From Leucoraja erinacea (lineage: Eukaryota), in assembly GCF_028641065.1 (NCBI RefSeq), contig NC_073396.1, positions 20,584,001-20,648,000 of the forward strand: DNA of 64,000 bases. The letters are read 5' to 3'. The translations under genes and the position numbers were made by a program. Positions 10,413-22,668 of this stretch are shown piece by piece. The first letter of the stretch is position 1. Each line of letters opens with the position of its first letter. The notes below the pieces were generated by a model. The model ran no database searches. It saw nothing but the letters and a program-made list of their open reading frames with translations, and was not told where the DNA came from.

Positions 10413-13400
10413 GTGAGTTGTACAGTTCTTGACTACGCTTTTAAATGAGATGCAGGGAACTTCAGGTGCAGCAGGTAGAGCCGCTGCCTTGGAGCGCCAG
10501 AGGCTTGGGTTCAATCCTGACCTCGGGTGCTGTCTGTGTGGAGTTTGCACGTTCTACCTGTGACCACGTTGATTTCTTCCATGTGCTCTGGTTTGCTCCC
10601 TCATCCCTAAGGCGTGCAGGATTGTAGGTTAATTGGCCTCTGTAAAATGTGTAGGGAGTGGATGAGAAAGTGGGATAACATAGAACTAGTATGAAAGGGC
10701 GATTAATGGCGGCACGAACTCGGTAGGCTGAAGAGCCTGTTTCTATTCTGTATCTCTAAACCAGAATGATGACAAAGATTACAAATTGCCGGAGAAACTC
10801 AGTGGGTCAGGTGGCATCTGTGGAGGGAATGGACAGGCGACGTTTCAGGTTGGGACCCTTTTTACATCGCTCCAGGAATTAGAAATAAAAGTGTCCAGAG
10901 ATGGTAGAAGGCTGGCAGGGGGAGTGTAGGAGGATTCTAAGGAAGGGCCCCGACTCCACGCTGACCAGCGATAGCCCATTTACACCAGTTCTATGTTATC
11001 CCATTTTCTCATCCACTCACTACACACTTTAACCTACAAACCTGGATGTCTTTAGGATGTGGGAGGAAACCGGAACACATGGAGGAACCCCACACGGTCA
11101 CAGGGAGAACGTGCAAACTCCACACAGACAGCACCTGAGGTCAGGATAAAACCTGGGTCTCTGGCACTGTGATGCTGCGGCTCTACCTTAAATTCTGGGG
11201 GATGAGATGTATGGCAAGAAGCAGCATAAAGTCATTCAGGAAGATAGGAGGAAAGTGCTTGGGTTTTGTATGGATCAGATTGTGGTTGTTGGGGCTGGGT
11301 CGATACAGAGGGAAGCTGCAGGCTTTTGCATTGTAATTTGTGGTTTTAATGTGATTCATGAGTTTGTTTTTGAAGGAGGAGATTAAACCTTGTGTTGTTT
11401 TACACAATAAGACTGTTGTATCCGTGTTCTGAGGTGAGAATCAGTCTGAAGAAGGGTGGCTTGTTCTTACCTATTGTACCTGAGTTTGACTTGATTATAT
11501 CTATGTATAGTATTATCTGTTCTGTTAGGATATCATGCAAAACAAAGCTTTTCACTGTACCCCAATGCACGTGACAGTAATAAGTATCTATCTCAATAGG
11601 GCGGTTGCACATAAGGTCACTGGGTCATAGGGCTCGACGCACGGAGCCGCTCAATCCATCTGGAGGACATCCGTCACTTCCGGTATATGTTATTAATGCT
11701 AGAAACTCGTGCTTTCCTACCTGTTAAAAGCCGCCAAAATTTTGAATTTTTGCTCTGAAAAAATTTGTGGGAGTCGGAATAAGTGTGAGAGACATAACTT
11801 TAGAATTCCAAAAGTGAAGCGAAATGAAGGTAAAGAGAAGCCAGAACTGAAGGGAGAACAGCAGCTAAAGCGCTTGGTAAACATTGGCCGTGCAGATATC
11901 GGAATTGAAAATATTTGGAATTATCGCGTTTGCTCACTGCATTATATCGGCAGTAAGGCATTACTTGTGTTTTTTTTTATTCCTTTGGTATCTAAAACTT
12001 CTCAGAAGTGATAAATCTTGCTGTAAATTTTTCTTCAGATGCGTTTTCATTTTGTATGTAAAAACCCACTTGGGAACCATGGGCGATTTAAAAAAATTAC
12101 AGCAAATTTATCACTTCTGAAACTTTTTAGATGCCAAAGGAATCAAGAAAAAACACAAATAATGCCTTAGTTGATGAAATGCAGTGAGAAAAAAAGGCCA
12201 ATATTCGCCAAGCACTCTGGCTGTTGTTGTCCCTTCAGCTCTCGCTTCTATCTACCGTCATTTCTCCTCACTGTTGGAATTCTGAAGTCGGCTAAATGTC
12301 TCACACGCTTATCCCGATTTCCATAATTATTTACAGCGCAAAAATTGACAAAAATTGAACCAGGGGCCACAGTTTAAGAATAAGGGGTAATCCATTTAGA
12401 ACGGCGATGAGGAAAAAAAAAATTCACACAGACGGTGCGATTCTCTGCCTCAGAAGGCAGTGGAGGCTAGTTCTCTGGATGCTTTCAAGGGAGAGCTAGA
12501 TAGGGCTCTTAAAAATAGAGTCAGGGGATATGGGGAGAAGGCAGGAACGGGGTACTGATTGTGGACGATCACCCATGATCATATTGAATGGCGGTGCTGG
12601 CTCGAAGGGCTGAATGGCCTACTCCTGCACCTAGTCTATTGTCCATAAAGCTTTTCATTGGTTTGGATTTAGTGATACAGCATGGAAACAGGCCCTTTGA
12701 CCCACTGAGTCCACACCAACCAACACTAGTTCTATCTCACACACTAGGGGCAATTTACAGAAGCAAAATGACCTACAAACCCACATGTTTTTAGAGTGTG
12801 GGAGGATGCTGGGACAAACCCATGCGGTCACAGGGAGAACGTGCAAACTCCACACAGACGGGACATGAGGTTGGGATCGGTACACGTGACAGTAATAAAG
12901 CTGACCTGGTGACGATGTCTAACCACCACCTTTTCTCCGCAGGTGATCTTCATGGTGTGGAACGCCTTCAACGATCCGCTCTTTGGCTACTTGCAGGACA
13001 ACTCCAGGCTACCATGTTGCTCACAGCGTCGCCTCTCCATCCTGTACGGCGCCCCACTCTACGCTGCCGCCTTCCTGTTGCCGTGGTTTCCCTGGCGGGA
13101 ATACACGGAGGGTGACTGGCTGTGCGGGCTGCACCTGCTGGTGGCTCTGTGTGCCTATGACGGGATGCTCACCTTTGTGCTTCTGGCCCAATGCTCGCTC
13201 TTCGCTGAGATCTCCAACCTGCACGAGAGCCGGTTACAGCTCATCAAATACAACCAGGTGGCCTCCATCGCCGGCTCCTCCAGCGTCCTCTTCTGCGGCC
13301 TCCTCTCCAACAACATGGAGAACTTCTCCCACTTCCAGCTCGTCGTCCTCTCTGTGGCCGCGCTGGCCCTCGCCTGCATGGTCTACAGCGGGCAGCATTG

Positions 13401-16400
13401 CGTCAGTCAATACGAGCAGGGCGAGAGGTCGGCCAAGGACATGGCGAACAACGCCCCCAACCTCTCCTGGAGCTCCATCTTCTACCTCACCAAACAGATC
13501 GTCACCCAGAGGAACTTCGTCCTGTTCGTCAGCATGAACTTCTTCCAGGTCTTCCACCTGGCCTTCCTCAACAACTTCATGATGATCTTCGCTGACCAGC
13601 TCATCCCCCGCAATCTGCTGCCGACCATGGCGAAGAGCATCATGTACGGAGCTGGCTTCATCTGTCCCCAGGTCAGCCATCCTGTTGAAAATCTCCACAA
13701 CTCCTGTTCCTCAATCCCATCCCCCTCTGGTGAAAGAACAACACCCCGTTTTCCCCCCCCCCCCCCCCCCCTCCCCCTTCCCCCCCCCCCCCCCCCCCAT
13801 TTATCCCTCCCATTCCCCCATCCCCCCCCTCTCTCCCCTCCCCCATTCCTGTTTTCCATTCCCAAATCCTCTCCCTTCCTAGCTCAGCTTGCTGCACATC
13901 GGCACGGTTGCCCAGTAACCAATTGTCCACCGCTGATTATCCACCCCTTCCTCGGTTTATTCCAAAGTTGTTCCGCTTCCTGTAAACTTCATCTCTTTCC
14001 CCCTGCAGATGCTGGTTTACAAAAAGTGACACAAAATGTTGGAGTAACTCAGTGGGGTCAGGCAGCATCCCTGGAGAGCACGGATACGTGATGTTTTGGG
14101 TCGGGACCTTCGTACAGCCTGAAGCCCCGAAATGTCGCTTATCCATGCTCCCCAGAGATGCCGCCTGACCCGCTGAGTTCATCCAGCACTTTCTGTTATT
14201 TTTGTAAACCAGCACCTGCAGTTCCCAGTATCTCCATTGAATGTGTTCTCGTCTCTTCCCAGCTCTTGGTTCTCAGCAGCCATTCACTGTTGAAGAAGTA
14301 TGGTTATTACAAAATCATCCTCTCTGTCTTCTATCTGGAGTTGTGCAGTGCGACGGTCATGCTGATTTTGGGTCCATCTCATTACTACCTGTTGTCTTTC
14401 TTCCTCGTTGGGAACATGTAAGTGTTACATCTCTCCATTGTTCAGTGGAGTTTTTATTGTCACATGTGCCAAGTGCAAAGGCACCATTTTCAAAGCTCTA
14501 GTTGTTTTGAGCGGCTCCCATTCTATACGAGGCCCAGGCTGCTGTGGGGCTCCCAGCCGTTGCCTTCCTTGGACGTGCGGGTCGACCTGTGAACCGACGT
14601 CCATCTCCTCGCCCGTCTGCCTTTGTTCCCCGGGGGAGCCTCCCGCAGCCAACCTCGAGGGCGTGGTAGACCAGACCCTGGTTCCGTCTCCTCTCTTACC
14701 GGCCTCGCTCCTCGCCCGTCACATCCGTCATCATCACCGGCTCCGTCCTCCCAGTCTCTGGTCATCAGGTCCGAGCAGGTGCAGGCTCGGTGGCTCCCCC
14801 TACAGGTGGGCGGGGTGGGCTCGGTGGCTCCCCCTACAGGTGGGAGGGGTGGGCTCGGTGGCTCCCCCTACAGGTGGGAGGGGTGGGCTCGGTGGCTCCC
14901 CCTACAGGTGGGAGGGGTGAGCTCGGTGGCTCCCCCTACAGGGGGGAGGGGGTGGGCTCGGCGACCTCTCCCTGTAGACCGTGGCCATCTGGGAGCCTCA
15001 GTCACGCACGGCCCTCCAGCCACTTCCCCTCATTGTGGTGATGTGATCGCATCAAATCACTAAGCACTGGAAGAACTCAGCAGGTCAGGCAGCATCTGTG
15101 GGGGGAATGGACAGATTAAAGATTAAAAATGCATGGATCTTTTGGACCAGAGGGCACAGCCTCAGAATAGTTGGACGTTCCTTTTAGAATGGAGATGGGG
15201 AGGGATTTCTATAACCAGAGGGTGGTGAACCTGTGGAATTTGTTGCCCCAGAGAGCCGTGGAGGCCAAGTCATTGGGTATTTTTAAAGCGGAGATCGACA
15301 GATTCTTAATTAGTCAGGGTGTCATAGGTTACACGGAGAAAGCAGGAGAATGGGGTTGAAAGGGAAAGATAGATCAGTCGTGATAGAATGGTGGAGCAGA
15401 CCAGATGGACCGAATTGGGTCTGAATCTGGAGGCCTTCCTGCTTTGACCTGGAAGGATCCCAACTCGGACCGTCACCTATCCATTCATGTTCTGCAATTG
15501 CTGCCTGACCCACTGAGTTACTCCAGCACTGTGTGTCCATCTTCCTGCCCTGACTGTCGTGAGTGGCTTTTGTTGACGTGAATCATTTGATCCTTGTCCT
15601 TGTTGCCTCTCAGGGTGATGGTATCGGCAGCCTTCAGCCTCTTTAACTTGCCTCTGGCGGATATTATTGACGCCGACCTTCAGAAGTATAAACGCAGGTA
15701 CGTCATAGAGAGAAATGCAGCAGGGAAACAGGCCCTTCAGCCCACTGAGTCCATGCTGACCATCGACCAACTATTTCCACTCACCCTACGCTAATCTTAT
15801 CCAACTTTATTCTCTTCATTTTGTCATCAACTCACCTGCATAATTGGAGCCAGGAGGGTTCTGACTTAAAACGTCACCTCTCCATGTTCTCCACAGATGC
15901 AGTCAGTCCCATTGAGTCACTCCAGCACTTTGTGTCTTTTTTTGTAAACCAGTGTCTGCAGTTCTTTGTGAATCCATACCAGTTCTATGTGATCCCACTG
16001 TCTCATCCACTCCCTACACACTAAGGACAATTTACAGAGGGCCAATTAAATTACAAACTTGCACTAGAGTTGCTGCCTTGCAGCACCAGAGACCCGGGTT
16101 TGATCCTACAGGTGCTGTCTCTACAACGTTTGTATGTTCTCCATGTGACCACGTAGGTTTTCTCCAGGTGATCCGGTTTCCTCTTACACTCCAAAGATGG
16201 ACGGGTTTGTAGATAAATTGGTCTCAGTAATATTGTAAATTGTCCCTACTGTGTAGGATAGTGTTAGTGTCGGCGTGGACTCGGTGGGACTAAGGGCCAG
16301 TATCCGCACTGTATCTCCAATGTCTATGGATTGAATGAAGGAGTAGGCTCGATGGACTGAATGGCCTAATTCTGCTCCTGTGTTTTATTGTTTTATGTAA

Positions 16401-18487
16401 GGGATGTGGAAGTTGCTATAGAAATGCAAGCTCTATCTATATTAGTAGATGTTGGCAATTTACTTGAATGTGTGGTGTTGACTCTGCCCAGCTTCCCGCT
16501 GTCTTCCATGGTGTTCGGAACCAACGCCCTGTTTACAAAGCCGGCCCAGTCTCTAGCACCCATGCTGGTTGTAACCATACTTAATCAGTATGACTACGAG
16601 AAACTGAAGGACATCGCTACACTGACTAACCAAAGGTAAGAATACACCAGGGCAACAGAATCAGTCGCCAGTGTTATTACTGCAAGCAAACACTAACAAT
16701 GGTAGAAATGATCTCCACCTCATGCTGCCTCAGGAAAGCAGCTAACATCATCAAAGACTTGTCCCACCCCGGTCATTCCTTCTTCTCCCCACTCCCACCC
16801 AGCAGAAGGTACAGAATCTTGAATTGTGTACCACCAGACTCACGAACAGCTTCTTCCCCTCTGTTATCTGGCTTTTGAGCAGTCCTTCCATAAGCTATGG
16901 TACTGTCCGATTCACCTCTACTCCATTGCGGACATTGGACTTTGTCTCTGGAACTGATGCGCTACAATGCTGGGAACAATATTCTGACTCTGTATCTTCC
17001 CCTGCTCTTCCTGTTGTACCTGACTTGATTAATTAATTTGATTGATTAATTATATTTGATTTGATAGTGGCAGACTAATATTGTCATTGTACATTAGTAA
17101 ACTTTATAATAATACAACTACTCCCTAAACCTGCTCAGCCAGTCAAGCAGCATATGTGGAGCAAGAATTAGAATGAATGTTTTGGGTATTCTGAGCTCCA
17201 TCTAAGGGAAGTTAAAATGATTTATCTTTGACATTTCCACCCTAGAGAAAAAAAATCAAGTTTGCCCAATCTCTCCCTGTAGCTAATATCCTCTAATCTA
17301 GGTAGCATTCCAGTAAACCTCCTCTGCACCCTCTCCAAAATCTCCACATCCTTCCCAGTAATGGTGCAATCAGAACTGCACTCAATACTCCATTGGGCGG
17401 CACGATGGTGTAGCGGTAGAGCTACTGCCTTACAGCGCCAGAGGCCCAGGTTCGATCCTGACTACAGGTGCTTGTCTGTACAGAGTTTGTACATTCTCCA
17501 CTGACCTGCATGGGTTTTCTCCAAGATCTTCTGTTTCCTCCCACACACCAAAGGCGTACAGGTTTGGAGGCTAATTGGCTTGGTATAAATGTAAATTGTC
17601 CCTAGTATGTGAGGGTCGGAGTGGACACGGTGGGCCGAAGGGCCTGTTTCCCCATTGTATCTCTAATCTAAACTAAATTAAACTCCAAAGGCAGCCAGAC
17701 CAGAGTCCTCGTACTCGATGGGCCAAAGGGCCTGTTTCCGTCTTGTATCTCAAATCTAAATTAACCTACAAAACTATTTGTTTGCTGTAGGCCATGTCTT
17801 TAGTTGGTTTGGCCCCAACTTCTCCCTTTGCCAAACATTTTAACTCTGCTTCCCATTCCCATAATGATCTTTTATCCTGGGCCTCCTCCACTTACATGAA
17901 GCTACATGGAAATTGTAGCCTACGTTGCTTGGGCATCTATTAATTTTGATTTCTCCAATTTGCATTCCCTCTCTCTCTCTCTCCTTCCCTCGCCCGCCCC
18001 AGTCATCCTGCTAGATTCACTGTTCATATCCCTTCGTTATGGCCACAGCCAACAATGGACCATTGTGGGCTCCAGCTTTCCTTGGTCATCGATGACGACT
18101 CTGATTTGTTCTGAACATTTTCATCTCTCTAGTCTCCCCCTCCTCTGACTCTTAGTCTGAAGAAGGGTCTCGATCCAAATCGTCACCAATTCCTTCTCTC
18201 CAGAGATGCTGCCCTGCTGAGTTACTCCAGCATTTTGTGTCTGTCTTCCTATGCTTTGTTCCCTGGAATGTTTAGCCCTGCAGAGGCAGAGTTTGCTGGT
18301 GCTCTTTGAGAAGATAACTCTGTCCCGTTTGTTTCTTTCTGGCAGTGGCCTGGAGGATCTTCACCGTGTCATGTTTGGGCTTGTCTGCCTGACGCCAATG
18401 TGCATCGCGCTCCTGCAGATCCTCGCCTGGACTCCTTTCTCTATCCGGGAGAGCCACGCTGACGTGCCCAAGTACCTCGACTCCTAA
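10263..18487 (+). CDS. MFSD13B: MFSD13/TMEM180-family MFS transmembrane protein, 467 aa; probably the MFSD13B orthologue (whole-gene span)
   Basis: Six GT-AG exons join in frame: 10263-10412, 12943-13671, 14263-14417, 15614-15697, 16492-16635, 18346-18487 (1404 nt). Family motifs include VWNAFNDPLFG, FNLPLADIIDAD and SSMVFGTNALFTKPAQSLAP. The B rather than A call rests on recalled synteny next to METTL9-IGSF6-OTOA. Confidence 0.85.
10463..10762 (+). mobile_element. HE1/V-SINE
   Basis: Same consensus as 17394-17680. Confidence 0.8.
11597..12357. mobile_element. Foldback element / long imperfect palindrome (probably MITE-like)
   Basis: Arms ~11735-12030 and ~12092-12357 are reverse complements; the right end abuts a CR1 fragment. 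Confidence 0.65.
12943..13671 (+). CDS. MFSD13B: MFSD13 coding exon 2
   Basis: ttttctccgcag acceptor; VIFMVWNAFND...GAGFICPQ; 729 nt; high GC3. Confidence 0.92.
14263..14417 (+). CDS. MFSD13B: MFSD13 coding exon 3
   Basis: tcttcccag acceptor; LLVLSSHSLLKKYGYYK...FFLVGN; AT|gtaagt. Confidence 0.9.
14784..14962. repeat. Minisatellite, ~33-bp unit ggctcggtggctccccctacaggtgggaggggt, ~5.5 copies
   Basis: Directly visible. Confidence 0.9.
15614..15697 (+). CDS. MFSD13B: MFSD13 coding exon 4
   Basis: VMVSAAFSLFNLPLADIIDADLQKYKR; phases match the neighbouring exons. Confidence 0.9.
16492..16635 (+). CDS. MFSD13B: MFSD13 coding exon 5
   Basis: FPLSSMVFGTNALFTKPAQSLAPMLVV; AG|gtaaga. Confidence 0.9.
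17394..17680 (+). mobile_element. HE1/V-SINE (tRNA-derived, CR1-type tail), full length
   Basis: A-box tggtgtagcggt, B-box ggttcgatcc, V-domain core, tail gggccgaagggcctgtttc...ctaaa. Confidence 0.85.
17820..18245 (+). mobile_element. Penelope-like element 3' remnant
   Basis: Decayed GIY-YIG C-terminal peptides (HFNSASHSH...LGLLH...FDFSN), followed by the ctgaagaagggtctcga...ccagagatgctg terminal repeat. Confidence 0.7.
18346..18487 (+). CDS. MFSD13B: MFSD13 coding exon 6 (terminal)
   Basis: tttctggcag acceptor; GLEDLHRVMFGLVCLTP...KYLDS then TAA. Confidence 0.88.
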
Positions 18488-19129
18488 AGACCACCCATCC
18501 TCGATGGGAAGACCACAGATCCCGTATCCCTCAAGCTGAGGTCCTGGGGTTCATTATTGTAGTAGTGATAGAGCTGACAAGGTGGGGACATTTTAAATTT
18601 GGTTTTCTGTTTATTCCTTCTTGAGACTCGGGGATCTCAATACTCGCGGATCCCGTTGTCTTTGGGAATGTGGTGTCGTCGGTGAAGCCACTTTGTGCGT
18701 TGGTGATACGAGGAACTGCAGGCGCTCGAATATTGATTAAAGCGCAAAGTCTGGAGGAACTCGGCATCGGTGGAGGGAGTGGACAGGCGACGTTTCGGGT
18801 CGGCACCCGCAACACACTGGTTGTCGGGGTGGGGAGGACCAGGGCATTGAAGCGATGACAATGGTGGACGAGGGATAAATGGACCCAGTGCGGAGGATGT
18901 GATGGTGTGGTGCTACTTGTACTCTGGGACTGATGTGGGAGTTGCAGAATACACCTACACCAGTGGATGGAGTAGTAGTGTCCCAGTAGTGGACGATGCA
19001 GGTGGTGACTGGACTGTGGATCATGTGGGGATCTTTGTCCTGGATAATATTCCCTGTTGCTCTCCATACACCAGACCCAGGCACATATCTCTGGATCAGT
19101 CAGTGTGTTGAGTACAAACAAGAGTCGAG

Positions 19130-20720
19130 TCAAGTCAAGACTTTTTAATTGTCATATGTACCAACAACGGAACAATGAAATTCTTACTTGAGGCAGCTTA
19201 ACAGGTCTCTAAACACAACACACATAAGTAATATATAATAAACAAAAAAATCAATAAATTAATAACCATAAAACCAGTGCAAAAACCCCCTAAAGTCTTT
19301 AGTGCAACCAAAGACAATATATAGTTCATATTTGATGTAAGTGTTGTGTAGTGTTCAAGTGGGAAGAAGCTGTTCTTGGTTTTCAGGCTCCTGTTTCTTC
19401 TTCCCAATGGTAGGAGTGAAATGAGAGCATGGCCAAGATGATGCTGGCTGCCTTTTTGAGCCAGTGACTCCTGTAGATCACTTTGATGGTGGGGAGATCA
19501 GTACCCATGATGGACCAGGCAGTGTTCACCTGTTTTTGCAGTCATCTTCATTCCTGGCCACCCGAACTAGGCAGTGACGCAACCAGTCAATATGTTCTCT
19601 ACTGTACACCTGTAGAAGTTCAAGAGTATCCATTGACATACAGCTCCTCAATCTTCTAAGGAAGTAGAGGTATTGATGGGCTTTCTTCATGAATACATCA
19701 TTGTGTTGGGTCCAGGGCAGAACTTCAGAGATGTGTCCAACCAGGAACTTGAAGTTGTTGACTATCCACCACCATCCCGTCGATGAAGACAGGTTTGTAG
19801 ATACTTTTCCTTCCTCTTTCAAAGTCCACAATCAGTTCCTTGGTTTTACTGGCGTTCAGAGCAAGGTGGTTGTTCTGGCACCAGCGAGGTTATTGTTCTG
19901 TGTTTGGTCAATCGATCGACCTCCTCCTGTACGCTGACTCATCATCAACTGTAATTGGTCCAAAAGAGGTGCTGCTGTCGGCAGTTGTGGGAGTTGGAAC
20001 TGTGTGCGGCTACACCATCATTAGTATAGAGTGAGTAGAGCAGGGAGCTGAGCACGCAGCCTTGAGGTGCCCCCGTGCTGATGGTTATCGAGGAGGAAGT
20101 GTTGCTGCCAACTCGTACTGATTGTGTTCTGATGAGAAAATTGAGGATCAAAAAAACATGCCATACTGTGGCGACATTTTGCAAACAGCACAACTCCCAG
20201 GCACACTTCCCTGAATCGGTCAGTGTATTGAGTACAGGCAAGAGTCGAGTGTTTAATTGTCAAATGTACCAACAACAGAACAATGAAATTCTTACTGGCA
20301 GCAGCATGGTGCCAAAACATGGCGTCTCTTGCATGTGGGATCAGTGCACTATTTCTGTACATCGGGGATGTGCTTAGTTATGGCAATACTCAACTGGGCT
20401 GTTAGTAAGAAAATAATTTCACTGTGCGTTTGCACTTCACGCATGCGACAATAAAAGAACCATTGATAACAGGCATGTAAACACAATGCACAAAACCAAA
20501 AGTCCTTAATGCAGCCAAAGACAGTCCATTGAAGTTTATAGTTAAGGTTAGTGTTGTGCAGTGTTCAAGATCCTGCTGGGTGTTGGGAAGAAGCTGTTCT
20601 TGAACCAGATGGTCAGGGTTTTCGGGCTCATGTACCTTCTTGCTGATGATAGGAGCGAGATGAGTGCGTGGCCAGGGTGGTGTGGGTCTTTGATGATACT
20701 GGTTGCCTTTTTGAGCCATA
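19130..20720 (-). mobile_element. Rex1/Babar-type LINE fragments
   Basis: ISTGAPQGCVLSSLLYSLYTND and FKFL...KKAHQYLYFLRRL on the minus strand; related pieces at 18858-19115 and 28130-28530. Confidence 0.75.
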
Positions 20721-20979
20721 GTTACGCGCTTCTTCCATTATCACTGGGACCAAGCAAACATCCTGCCTTCTGGGTGTGTGAGGATGACGGATTTCTGATG
20801 TGGAAAACACAAATTATTTTACAAAGGGTGAGGCAGAGATGAAGGAGGGAACATGAACACACCACCTGAGGGCAGGGCAGCACCCCAAGGATGTGGTGCC
20901 TCCCCGCTGCTTTTTGGTGAACTAATCTCCATGGCAACAAACACAAATCCCTGATGAATTGGGAAATATTTTTTATTTT

Positions 20980-21258
20980 CTAAGATATAGTGTAGAAACA
21001 GGTTCTTCGGCCCAAACAAGACAATGCCAACCAGCGATCATCCCATATACCAGCACTAACCTACACACTAGGGACTATTTACAATTTTTACTGAAGCCAA
21101 TTAATCTACAAACCTGCACGTCTTTGGAGTGTGGAAGAAAACCCACGCGGTCATAGGGAGAACGTGTAAACTCCGTACAGACAGCAACCGTAGTCAGGGT
21201 CGAACCCGGGTCTCTGGCATTGCAAGACAGCAGCTTTATTGCTGCACCACTGTGCCAT
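20980..21258 (-). mobile_element. HE1/V-SINE
   Basis: Reverse-complement copy of the consensus. Confidence 0.8.
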
Positions 21259-22256
21259 CCTACATTGTTGAATGTCCTGTGGAGGTTGCCTGAGTCTGGC
21301 CTGCCAATTAGGCTGTGGGAGAACTAACTGCATTGGCCACAACTGGGTCCAATCTGCCTTTAGCTTTGTGCCAAAACGTCTACTCGAGGATCTGAGGAGG
21401 GGTGTCTTCACTCATTCACATCTCACTCTCCACTGAAACAAATAGTTACAGGGTCAAATATAGACACAAAGTGCTGGAGTAACCCAAAGAAGTTTGAAGA
21501 AGGGTCCTCACCTGAAACATCACCTTTTTCTCCAGAGATGCTACCTGACCCACTCAATTACTAATCTAGGCACTTTGTGTCTATATTTGGTATAAACCAG
21601 CATCTGCAGATCATAGCACCAGGGTGATACCACCAAATGCAACATTTATAGTGAAATACTGCAACTGCTCATTTCCAATGTTGCAAGTGTTTGCCTTCCA
21701 GCTGAAAAACTAAAGAAAAGCGAATCACGAGAAGCGAACCGACATTGCTACAAAGAAACACTCTCTTTGTGGTATCGTGAGAACATAGAACAAACCACGA
21801 CAAGGGAGAGGGCAGGAGAATGGGGTTTGAAGAGAAAGATAGATCAGCCATGATTAAATGGCGGAAAGGCTCCAAAGGCCGAATGGCCTAATTAAGTTCC
21901 TGTGTTATAGAACACAGGAACAGGCCCTTTGGCCCTCTATGTCTGTGCCAAACATGATGCCAGTTAAACTATTCTCCTCTGTCTGTATATAATTCATATC
22001 CCTCCATTCCCCTCGTATCCAAAAGCCTCTTAAACCCCACTATCCCATCTGCCTCCACCACCACTCCTAGCAGCATGTTCCAGGTAAACTTTAGACAGAA
22101 CGAACTGCAGATGCTGGTTTACAAAAAAATGTAACTCAGCCAGTCAGGCAGCATTTCTGGAACATGGATATGCGATGCTTTGGATGTGACGAAGGGTTCC
22201 GACTCAAACATCACCTATCGCTGTTCTCCAGAACTGCTGCCTAACCTGATGAGTTA

Positions 22257-22668
22257 AGGGCCTGTCCTTCTTGGCCGTCATTTGCGCCTCATTTACGCAT
22301 CATATGTAAAATAGGTCGACGCGTCGTGATGCGCGATGTTGCGCGCAAATCACACTCCAGCACAGCCGTCTGGTGCGCGTCACGTCATTAGAATGACCTG
22401 CGGCACACGGCGACGTAACCATGCGTCACCACACAATACACGTGAGACGGGACGTCAGCATCCGACTCCAATGCGTCAGCGTGCGTACGTGATACGTCAC
22501 GCAGGTGGCGCGCGAGGATTTTGTTACGCTACAAAATCCTGGAGCGCCGCGCGATACTTCGCGCCACCACATGCGATTCCATGCCTCACCATGCGCAATG
22601 CGTGCGTCACGACGCGACAACCTATTTTACAGATGACGTGTAAATGACGGCCAAGTGGGACAGGCCCT
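22257..22668. mobile_element. PIF/Harbinger-like non-autonomous DNA transposon (MITE)
   Basis: TIR agggcctgtcc(ttc/cac)ttggccgtcattt at both ends; TTA duplicated at 22254-22256 and 22669-22671; CpG-rich interior. Confidence 0.85.

Noticed and set aside
14784-14962. Regularly spaced repeats resembling a CRISPR array
   Set aside because: The units are contiguous with no unique spacers, the context is eukaryotic, and there are no cas genes.
17394-17470. tRNA-like A/B boxes
   Set aside because: These are heads of tRNA-derived SINEs that continue into SINE core and tail; no cloverleaf can be formed.
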